From: Escherichia coli
GTDB lineage: Bacteria; Pseudomonadota; Gammaproteobacteria; Enterobacterales; Enterobacteriaceae
Length of the DNA: 64,000 bases
Strand: one strand, 5' to 3'
Assembly (NCBI RefSeq): GCF_003018255.1
Contig: NZ_CP027440.1
The notes beneath the pieces were generated by a model. The model had not been told where the DNA came from. It did not search any database and worked only from the letters and a program-made list of their open reading frames with translations. Positions within the stretch are counted from its first letter, which is position 1; each line of letters starts with the position of its first letter. Made by a program: the position numbers and the translations under genes. This document shows positions 21,001-28,116 of this stretch, piece after piece.

Positions 21001-21813
21001 CCCAAACCAAACAAAAGCGATGATGAATTACAGGCGAACAATGCTGTTAACCGCTACAAATTGCTGAAAAAAGATGCGCGTACCGTCGCCGCCCAGCAGG
21101 TAGCAAGGCTGGAATCCGCCATGTGCCTGCGTCGCCGCTGGTCACCGGAAAACTTTCAGCTCTTCCTGGTTGAGCATCCGCTGGTCCGCCACTTAACCCG
21201 CCGTCTGATTTGGGGCGTTTATAGCGCCGAAAACCAGCTACTGGCTTGCTTTCGCGTAGCGGAAGATAACAGCTACAGCACCGCTGACGATGATCTTTTC
21301 ACCCTGCCGGAAGGCGATATCTCTATTGGTATTCCTCACGTTCTGGAAATATCACCGACGGATGCTGCCGCCTTCGGGCAGCTTTTTGCCGACTACGAAC
21401 TGTTACCACCGTTCCGCCAGCTTGATCGTAACAGTTACGCGCTGACAGAAGCCGAGCGCAATGCCAGCGAACTGACACGCTGGGCAGGCAGAAAATGCCC
21501 GAGTGGTCGGGTAATGGGGCTGGCAAATAAAGGCTGGATGCGTGGTGAACCGCAGGACGGTGGCTGGATCGGCTGGATGATCAAACCTCTGGGCCGCTGG
21601 TCGTTAATCATGGAAATCGATGAAGGTTTTGCGGTCGGCATGTCGCCAGCCGAACTCAGTGCCGAGCAACTCTTAAGCAAGCTGTGGCTATGGGAAGGCA
21701 AAGCGGAAAGCTATGGCTGGGGGAGTAATTCAACACAGGAAGCGCAGTTCTCCGTACTCGATGCCATCACCGCCAGCGAGCTAATTAACGATATTGAAGC
21801 CCTGTTTGAATAA
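18025..21813 (+). CDS. molR: Giant uncharacterised protein with N-terminal WGR-like domain (DUF4132 family); intact here
   Basis: Uninterrupted 1262-aa ORF with ATG at 18025; N-terminus MRHFIYQDEKSHKFWAVEQQGNELHINWGKVGTNGQ resembles a WGR domain; paralogous to the next ORF. Confidence 0.75.
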   Translation: MRHFIYQDEKSHKFWAVEQQGNELHINWGKVGTNGQSQVKSFADAAAAEKAGLKLIAEKVKKGYVEQAKDNSLQPSQTVTDSLKVADLSTIIQEQPSFVAETRAADKNTDAVLPWLAKDIAVVFPPEVVHTTLSHRRFPGVPVQQADKLTQLRRLACSVSQRDNKTATFDFSACSLEWQNTVAQAISQIDGLKTTQLPSPVMAVLTALEMKCTRYKEREDVMDQIIQEGGLEYATDVIIHLQQISIEWDYVNNNIVFLSSGISPDYLQQYSSFELRLRKHLSLAEESLWQKCAQKLIAAIPHIPEWRQPLIALLLPEKPEIAHEISQRLLGQKKLPSLEWLKIVATDEHILASLEKYHEPYAIFDDYYCGAIWSATVLQEQGVTALPRFAPYAASDYCADVLRHINHPFALTLLIRVAGHTKRCHDRMTKACAAFPHAALAALAELLVQKEENSWRIMLMTMLISHPTLAEQVIPWLSTPAVAVLKSCQQQLTQPSNHASADLLPAIVVSPPWLSKKKKSPIPVLDLAPLNLESICTITDTEAKEFQTHWDWEPHKPSEGAKNFLYSLGYRRWDFDTYKYIGASDSAIDAWEREDFATLIQMFKAHHAPYQGEWHLNSLPFLPMQKAIKLWEFLSKEPHTAIKPVMLYLRLAGMSGFLHSFSRYPQEGFAVANYFAATELAPAVARAFNKLKTLRQDASSWLLKYPEHAITGLLPAALGKASEAQDNARAALRMLTENGHQPLLQEIARRYNQPEVTDAVNALLALDALDNHPTKIPTLPTFYQPSLWTRPLLKANAQSLPDSALLHLGEMLRFPQEEALYPGLLQVKDACTTDSLAEFAWDLFTAWQTAGAPSKESWAFTALGVLGNDDTARKLTPLIRAWPGESQHKRATVGLDILAAIGSDIALMQLNGIAQKLKFKALQERAKEKIADIAESRELTVAELEDRLAPDLGLDDNGSLLLDFGPRQFTVSFDETLKPFVRDASGSRLKDLPKPNKSDDELQANNAVNRYKLLKKDARTVAAQQVARLESAMCLRRRWSPENFQLFLVEHPLVRHLTRRLIWGVYSAENQLLACFRVAEDNSYSTADDDLFTLPEGDISIGIPHVLEISPTDAAAFGQLFADYELLPPFRQLDRNSYALTEAERNASELTRWAGRKCPSGRVMGLANKGWMRGEPQDGGWIGWMIKPLGRWSLIMEIDEGFAVGMSPAELSAEQLLSKLWLWEGKAESYGWGSNSTQEAQFSVLDAITASELINDIEALFE

Positions 21814-21822
21814 GGAAAGAGC

Positions 21823-24800
21823 ATGGACAAGGAATTACCGTGGCTGGCGGATAACGCCCAACTGGAACTGAAATATAAAAAAGGCAAAACACCACTCAGC
21901 CATCGCAATTGGCCAGGCGAACCGGTACCTGTTATCACTGAAAACATCATTCAGACACTGGGTGATGAATTGCTACAAAAAGCAGAGAAGAAAAAAAACA
22001 TTGTCTGGCGTTATGAAAACTTTTCACTGGAGTGGCAGTCCGCCATCACGCAGGCCATCAACTTGATCGGCGAACACAAACCCTCAATCACGGCCCGGAC
22101 AATGGCGGCGCTAGCCTGTATCGCGCAAAATGATAGCCAACAGTTGCTCGACGAAATCGTCCAACACGAGGGGCTGGAATATGCAACTGAGGTGGTGATT
22201 GCACGCCAGTTTATTGTACGGTGTTATGAGAGTGATCCTCTGGTAGTAACATTGCAATATCAGAACGAGGACTATGGCTATGGTTATCGCTCAGAAACCT
22301 ATAACGAATTCGATCTCCGATTGCGTAAGCATCTCTCTCTGGCAGAGGAAAGCTGCTGGCAGCGTTGCGCCGACAAACTCATTGCCGCACTGCCAGGAAT
22401 AACCAAAGTTCGCCGCCCTTTTATTGCGCTGAACCTCCCGGAAAAACCCGAAATCGCCAACGAGCTGGTAAGCCTTGAATGTTCGCAAACTCATTTTCGC
22501 TCAAAAGAGTGGTTAAAAGTTGTTGCTGATGACCCTAAGGCGGTGAAAGAACTCGCACGTTACTGGAGCCAGGATATATTTAGCGATCGAGAAGCCAGCT
22601 ACATGTCGCATGAAAACCACTTCGGCTACGCGGCCTGCGCTGCCCTTTTGCGCGAACAAGGACTGGCAGCCGTTCCGCGCCTCGCGATGTATGCACATAA
22701 AGAAGATTGCGGCAGTCTGCTGGTACAAATTAACCATCCGCAAGTCATCCGCACCTTGCTACTGGTGGCTGATAAAAACAAACCCAGCCTGCAACGTGTG
22801 GCTAAATACAGTAAAAACTTCCCCCATGCGACGCTCGCCGCACTGGCAGAACTGCTGGCGTTAAAAGCCCCCCCTGCGCGCCCTGGTTATCCCATCATCG
22901 AAGACCAAAAGCTGCCTGCACAGCAAAAAGCACGTGATGAATACTGGCATACGCTGTTACAAACGCTGATGGCATCGCAGCCACAACTGGCAGAAGAGGT
23001 GATGCCGTGGTTAAGTACTCAAGCCCGGGCAGTGCTGAATAGTTATTTATCGGCACCGCCCAAAACGGTTATTGATAGCACCGATAACAGCCAAATGCCT
23101 GAAATCCTCGTTTCACCACCGTGGCGTAGTAAGAAAAAAATGACAGCTCCACGTCTTGATTTGGCACCGCTCGAATTAACCCCGCAAGTTTACTGGCAAC
23201 CAGGCGAACAAGAGAGGCTTGCCTCCACTGAGTCTGCCCGTTATTTCAGCACGGAATCTCTTGCTGAACGCATGGAACAAAAAAGTGGACGAGTTGTATT
23301 ACAGGAACTGGGTTTTGGGGATGATGTATGGCTGTTTCTGAATTATATACTCCCCGGAAAACTGGATGCTGCACGCAATTCACTCATTGTTCAGTGGCAT
23401 TACTACCCAGGGCGGGTTGAAGAGATCATGAATGGCTGGAGCTCCCCGGAAGCTCAATTAGCAGAACAGGCGCTTCGCAGCGGTCACGTAGAAGTGTTAA
23501 TTAACATATGGGAAAATGACAGCTACTCACGTTATCGTCCGGAAAAGAGTGTCTGGAACCTGTATTTATTGGCACAGTTGCCGCGTGAGATGGCTTTGCC
23601 TTTCTGGCTACGTATCAATGAGAAAAAGCATCTGTCTGCGGGTGAGGACTATTTTCTCAGTATCTTCGGATTGGATGCTCTACCAGGTCTGCTGTTGGCT
23701 TTTTCACATCGTCCAAAAGAAACATTTCCGTTAATTTTAAATTTTGGCGCAACAGAACTGGCCCTGCCCGTTGCCCGCGTCTGGCGACGTTTCGCGGCGC
23801 AGCGTGATCTGGCCCGCCAGTGGATTTTACAATGGCCGGAACATACGGCTACTGCACTTATCCCTCTTGTCTTCACCAAACCCAGCGATAATAGCGAAGC
23901 TGCATTACTTGCCCTACGTTTACTTTACGAACAGGGACATGGTGAATTGCTGCAAACCGCGGCAAACCGCTGGCAGCGTACAGATGTATGGCCTGCCCTG
24001 GAGCATTTACTTAAACAGAGTCCAATAGAGATTTACCCGGCACGCATGCCAAAAGCCCCTGATTTCTGGCATCCGCTAATGTGGTCCAGGCCGCGCCTAA
24101 TCATTAATCATCAACTTATTACCGATGACGCTCTGGAAATTATCGGCGAAATGCTGCGCTTTACCCAGGGGGGACGTTTTCATAGCGGGCTGGAACAACT
24201 GAAAACGTTCTGCCAGCCGCAAACGCTGGCAGCTTTTGCCTGGGATCTCTTCACTGCGTGGCAACAAGCTGGTGCCCCCGCAAAAGACAACTGGGCATTT
24301 CTGGCGTTAAGTCTCTTTGGTGACGAAAGCACGGCACGGGATCTAACGACACAGATCCTCGCCTGGCCACAAGAAGGCAAATCTACCCGTGCTGTCAGTG
24401 GCCTGAACATCCTTACCCTGATGAATAATGATATGGCGCTGATACAGCTGCATCATATATCGCAACGGGCGAAATCCCGCCCCTTACGTGATAACGCGGC
24501 GGAATTTCTTCAGGTGGTCGCAGAAAATCGCGGGCTAAGCCAGGAAGAGTTAGCGGACAGATTAGTCCCAACACTGGGCCTTGATGATCCGCAGGCGTTG
24601 AGTTTTGATTTTGGTCCCCGGCAGTTTACCGTTCGCTTCGATGAAAACCTTAACCCGGTTATCTTTGATCAGCAAAACGTTCGCCAGAAAAGCGTTCCCC
24701 GGTTGCGCACCGATGACGATCAACTGAAAGCGCCCGAGGCACTGGCCCGATTAAAAGGGCTAAAAAAAGATACGACTCAGGTGAGCAAAAACCTGCTCCC

Positions 24801-25455
24801 CCGTCTTGAAGCTGCCCTGCGTACCACCCGACGCTGGTCGCTGGCAGATTTTCATTCTCTGTTTGTTAATCATCCCTTTACCCGTCTGGTTACCCAGCGA
24901 TTAATATGGGGCGTGTATCCGGCAAATGAACCGCGTCGTTTACTCAACGCCTTTCGTGTGGCCGCAGAGGGGGAGTTCTGCAATGCGCAAGATGAGCCCA
25001 TTGACCTGCCTGCGGATGCTCTGATTGGCATTGCCCACCCGTTAGAAATGACAGAAGGAATGCGCAGTGAATTTGCACAGCTTTTTGCCGATTACGAAAT
25101 TATGCCGCCTTTTCGCCAGTTGGCGCGGCGCACGGTGCTGCTCACACCTGACGAGTCAACCAGTAACAGCCTGACTCGCTGGGAAGGTAAATCCGCTACC
25201 GTTGGGCAGCTTATGGGAATGCGATACAAAGGCTGGGAGTCAGGCTATGAGGACGCATTTGTCTATGGCCTGGGCGAGTACCGGCTGGTCCTTAAGTTTT
25301 CACCCGGTTTTAACCACTACAATGTTGATAGCAAAGCGTTAATGAGCTTCCGTTCTCTTCGAGTGTACCGTGACAATAAATCCGTCACTTTTGCCGAACT
25401 TGATGTGTTTGATTTGAGTGAGGCGTTAAGCGCACCTGACGTCATTTTCCATTAA
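21823..25455 (+). CDS. yehI: Giant uncharacterised protein (DUF4132 family), paralog of molR without the WGR-like N-terminus
   Basis: 1210-aa ORF sharing several motifs with the molR product (FDLRLRKHLSLAEES, AWDLFTAWQ.AGAP, RLIWGVY). Confidence 0.75.
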   Translation: MDKELPWLADNAQLELKYKKGKTPLSHRNWPGEPVPVITENIIQTLGDELLQKAEKKKNIVWRYENFSLEWQSAITQAINLIGEHKPSITARTMAALACIAQNDSQQLLDEIVQHEGLEYATEVVIARQFIVRCYESDPLVVTLQYQNEDYGYGYRSETYNEFDLRLRKHLSLAEESCWQRCADKLIAALPGITKVRRPFIALNLPEKPEIANELVSLECSQTHFRSKEWLKVVADDPKAVKELARYWSQDIFSDREASYMSHENHFGYAACAALLREQGLAAVPRLAMYAHKEDCGSLLVQINHPQVIRTLLLVADKNKPSLQRVAKYSKNFPHATLAALAELLALKAPPARPGYPIIEDQKLPAQQKARDEYWHTLLQTLMASQPQLAEEVMPWLSTQARAVLNSYLSAPPKTVIDSTDNSQMPEILVSPPWRSKKKMTAPRLDLAPLELTPQVYWQPGEQERLASTESARYFSTESLAERMEQKSGRVVLQELGFGDDVWLFLNYILPGKLDAARNSLIVQWHYYPGRVEEIMNGWSSPEAQLAEQALRSGHVEVLINIWENDSYSRYRPEKSVWNLYLLAQLPREMALPFWLRINEKKHLSAGEDYFLSIFGLDALPGLLLAFSHRPKETFPLILNFGATELALPVARVWRRFAAQRDLARQWILQWPEHTATALIPLVFTKPSDNSEAALLALRLLYEQGHGELLQTAANRWQRTDVWPALEHLLKQSPIEIYPARMPKAPDFWHPLMWSRPRLIINHQLITDDALEIIGEMLRFTQGGRFHSGLEQLKTFCQPQTLAAFAWDLFTAWQQAGAPAKDNWAFLALSLFGDESTARDLTTQILAWPQEGKSTRAVSGLNILTLMNNDMALIQLHHISQRAKSRPLRDNAAEFLQVVAENRGLSQEELADRLVPTLGLDDPQALSFDFGPRQFTVRFDENLNPVIFDQQNVRQKSVPRLRTDDDQLKAPEALARLKGLKKDTTQVSKNLLPRLEAALRTTRRWSLADFHSLFVNHPFTRLVTQRLIWGVYPANEPRRLLNAFRVAAEGEFCNAQDEPIDLPADALIGIAHPLEMTEGMRSEFAQLFADYEIMPPFRQLARRTVLLTPDESTSNSLTRWEGKSATVGQLMGMRYKGWESGYEDAFVYGLGEYRLVLKFSPGFNHYNVDSKALMSFRSLRVYRDNKSVTFAELDVFDLSEALSAPDVIFH

Positions 25456-25516
25456 AAACACAGCGGGCAGTGATGCAACTGCCCGTTATCAACACGACTT
25501 ACCAGCGGGGAAAGCG

Positions 25517-25870
25517 ATGATCGTGCAAAAAGAGCTGGTTGCTATTTACGATTATGAGGTCCCTGTACCTGAAGATCCGTTTTCCTTCAGACTTGAGATC
25601 CATAAATGCTCTGAATTATTTACAGGTTCCGTCTATCGACTGGAGCGATTCCGGCTACGTCCAACATTTCATCAACGTGATCGAGAAGATGCTGACCCGC
25701 TAATAAATGATGCGTTGATTTATATAAGAGATGAGTGTATTGATGAGCGGAAATTACGAGGTGAATCACCTGAAACTGTAATAGCAATTTTTAATCGTAA
25801 ACTACAGAATATATTCAACCAACTAATAGAATATTACTTTATTAAAGGGGGAAGCGGTTTTCCCCCTTAG
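25517..25870 (+). CDS. yehK: Small uncharacterised protein
   Basis: 117-aa ORF on the track; true start uncertain (I recall the K-12 product as shorter); stop codon lies inside the hairpin that begins the first zor repeat. Confidence 0.5.
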   Translation: MIVQKELVAIYDYEVPVPEDPFSFRLEIHKCSELFTGSVYRLERFRLRPTFHQRDREDADPLINDALIYIRDECIDERKLRGESPETVIAIFNRKLQNIFNQLIEYYFIKGGSGFPP

Positions 25871-25889
25871 TTGCGTTTCAATTTGCCCA

Positions 25890-25979
25890 TTACTTCAACA
25901 AATCAATCAACCGTAACAGAGCCACTAATAGCTCCAGTACAGCAATGAGCACGGTTAACTTTTGTGTCAGCGTGTCCAT
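25890..25979 (-). CDS. zorO: Type I toxin small hydrophobic peptide, 29 aa (ZorO-like)
   Basis: Minus-strand ATG..TAA encodes MDTLTQKLTVLIAVLELLVALLRLIDLLK; AAGGAG SD 5 nt upstream; long 5' UTR; flanking hairpin terminator; too short for the ORF track. Confidence 0.7.
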   Translation of the reverse strand: MDTLTQKLTVLIAVLELLVALLRLIDLLK

Positions 25980-26217
25980 CCGCTCTCCTTATTAAGGAGC
26001 GCAACACCAGCACCTTACCCTTACACTGCCTGTCGACACTGGTTTACGTTTGTTGAGTCGCCATGTTGCACTCCGGATCAGAGCACTACCTGCGGCACCA
26101 CCCGTCCGGTAGCCAGGACTTGAAATGGGTTCGATCCGGCGCAACTTCCCAACAGTCAGGATTATAAATCTCATTATCTTAATTGCAACACGGTCCAGCG
26201 GTGGTTATAATTCGTTC

Positions 26218-26300
26218 GTTGAGATGCCATGTTGCACTATCAGTAACTTAACATCAAAGTAGTAAATAAAAGAACCTGCCTCACCAGCAGGTTCTTTTAT
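26218..26300 (+). ncRNA. orzO: Divergent antitoxin sRNA (OrzO-like), about 80 nt
   Basis: Consensus-like promoter TTGCAA-17-TATAAT (26183..26211), then a transcript ending at hairpin gaacctgc-ctcaccagc-gcaggttc plus T-run; 5' end gttgagatgccatgttgcact is complementary to the toxin 5' UTR (26053..26073). Confidence 0.6.
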
Positions 26301-26497
26301 TTTCTGCGATCTACTTTCCAGATATTTTTCGCCAATAGCCCACCATAAATATTCACATCCCGGCCAAATAGTACGTTGATTATAAAATCGATGAATTTAT
26401 AAATAAAAATGAGTTATATGATGAATTAATAAAAACAGTAATCATTTTATTAAAGGGGGAAACGGTATTCCCCCTTAGATGCGTTTCAATTTGCCCG

Positions 26498-26587
26498 TTA
26501 CTTCAACAAATCAATCAACCGTAACAGAGCCACTAATAGCTCCAGTACAGCAATGAGCACGGTTAACTTTTGTGTCAGCGTGTCCAT
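26498..26587 (-). CDS. zorP: Type I toxin small hydrophobic peptide, 29 aa, second copy (ZorP-like)
   Basis: Coding sequence identical to copy 1 (same 29-aa peptide), same SD and terminator hairpin. Confidence 0.7.
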   Translation of the reverse strand: MDTLTQKLTVLIAVLELLVALLRLIDLLK

Positions 26588-26825
26588 CCGCTCTCCTTAT
26601 TAAGGAGCGCAACACCAGCACCTTACCCTTACACTGCCTGTCGATACTGGTTTACGTATGTTGGTACGAAACGTTGCTCTCCGGATCAGGGCACCGCCTG
26701 CGGCACCACCCGTCCAGCAGCCAGGACTTAAAATTGGTCCGATCCGGCACAACCTCCCAACGGGCAGGATTATAAATCTCATTCACTGAATTGCAATGGA
26801 GTGTGGATATGGTTATAATTTATTC

Positions 26826-26908
26826 GTTGGTACGAAATGTTGCACAATCAGCAAGTTAGCGTCATTGTAGTAAATAAAAGAACCTGCCTCACCAGCAGGT
26901 TTTTTTAT
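26826..26908 (+). ncRNA. orzP: Divergent antitoxin sRNA, second copy (OrzP-like)
   Basis: Promoter TTGCAA-17-TATAAT (26791..26819); 5' segment gttggtacgaaatgttgcaca is complementary to the copy-2 toxin UTR (26661..26681); same terminator hairpin. Confidence 0.6.
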
Positions 26909-27017
26909 TTACTGTGATCTGCTTTCCAGATATTTTTCGCTCAAACAACTAATGCGGCAAACATTTATTGCGCGTAAAATATCGTTTATTTCATTAATAC
27001 ATTTCAGGGATGAATAT

Positions 27018-28106
27018 ATGTCACCGCAGAATAATCATCTGCAGCGTCCGCCTGCCGCTGTGTTATACGCCGATGAACTGGCAAAATTAAAACAAAATGA
27101 TCACGCACCTTGCCCGCCCGGTTGGCAGTTAAGTTTGCCTGCGGCCCGCGCTTTTATCCTTGGCGATAGCGCGCAAAATATTAGCCGTAAAGTCGTGATC
27201 AGTCCCTCCGCTGTCGAACGCATGTTAGTCACTCTCGCTACCGGGCGCGGTTTGATGTTGGTGGGGGAACCTGGCACCGCAAAATCGCTCCTGTCTGAAT
27301 TACTGGCAACCGCTATTAGCGGCGATGCCGGGTTAACCATCCAGGGCGGCGCATCTACCACCGAAGATCAAATCAAGTACGGCTGGAACTACGCCCTGCT
27401 TATCAACCATGGTCCGTCAACGGAAGCGCTGGTCCCTGCCCCGCTTTACCAGGGAATGCGCGACGGCAAAATTGTCCGTTTTGAAGAGATAACGCGTACA
27501 CCGCTGGAAGTACAAGACTGTCTGTTAGGTATGCTTTCTGACAGGGTAATGACGGTGCCGGAACTCACCGGTGAAGCCAGTCAGCTCTATGCGCGAGAAG
27601 GCTTTAATATTATTGCCACTGCCAATACCCGCGATCGCGGCGTCAATGAGATGAGTGCCGCGCTAAAGCGTCGCTTCGATTTTGAAACCGTCTTTCCGAT
27701 TATGGATTTCGCCCAGGAGCTGGAACTGGTCGCCAGTGCTTCGGCGCGTTTGCTGGCCCATAGCGGTATTCCGCATAAAGTGCCTGACGCGGTACTGGAG
27801 TTACTGGTCCGCACCTTCCGCGATCTGCGTGCCAACGGCGAAAAGAAAACGTCAATGGATACCCTGACGGCAATTATGTCCACCGCTGAAGCCGTGAACG
27901 TGGCCCACGCAGTGGGCGTCCGCGCCTGGTTTTTAGCGAATCGCGCAGGTGAGCCAGCCGATCTGGTGGACTGTATTGCCGGAACCATCGTCAAAGATAA
28001 CGAAGAAGATCGCGCTCGTCTGCGCCGTTACTTCGAACAGCGAGTCGCCACACATAAAGAAGCTCACTGGCAGGCTTATTATCAAGCTCGCCACCGCCTG
28101 CCGTGA
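27018..28106 (+). CDS. yehL: MoxR-family AAA+ ATPase (YehL subfamily)
   Basis: Start set at the internal Met (MSPQNNHLQRP; GGGA RBS) within ORF 26952..28106, giving 362 aa; Walker A GEPGTAKS. Confidence 0.85.
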   Translation: MSPQNNHLQRPPAAVLYADELAKLKQNDHAPCPPGWQLSLPAARAFILGDSAQNISRKVVISPSAVERMLVTLATGRGLMLVGEPGTAKSLLSELLATAISGDAGLTIQGGASTTEDQIKYGWNYALLINHGPSTEALVPAPLYQGMRDGKIVRFEEITRTPLEVQDCLLGMLSDRVMTVPELTGEASQLYAREGFNIIATANTRDRGVNEMSAALKRRFDFETVFPIMDFAQELELVASASARLLAHSGIPHKVPDAVLELLVRTFRDLRANGEKKTSMDTLTAIMSTAEAVNVAHAVGVRAWFLANRAGEPADLVDCIAGTIVKDNEEDRARLRRYFEQRVATHKEAHWQAYYQARHRLP

Positions 28107-28116
28107 GGAAAGATGC

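Larger units (their letters stand above)
25842..26330. repeat. Direct repeat copy 1 (about 490 bp) carrying a zorO/orzO-like module
   Basis: Near-identical to 26450..26938 (period 608 bp), separated by about 120 bp of unique AT-rich sequence. Confidence 0.85.
26450..26938. repeat. Direct repeat copy 2 (about 490 bp) carrying a zorP/orzP-like module
   Basis: Second copy of the unit; coding segment identical to copy 1, UTR and sRNA pairing segments diverged. Confidence 0.85.

Noticed and set aside
20469-21041. 190-aa ORF antisense to molR, plus other antisense ORFs within molR and yehI
   Set aside because: Ser/Arg/Ala-rich low-complexity translations within a long sense ORF; no support for independent genes.
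25992-26174. 60-aa minus-strand ORF on the track (and its twin at 26600..26782) inside the toxin 5' UTR region
   Set aside because: Its start codon lies upstream of the predicted toxin promoter -10 box, so it would not be in the transcript. The product is Arg/Cys/Gly-rich and low-complexity, and the ORF exists only as a consequence of the duplicated non-coding UTR. The real coding unit is the 29-aa ORF downstream.
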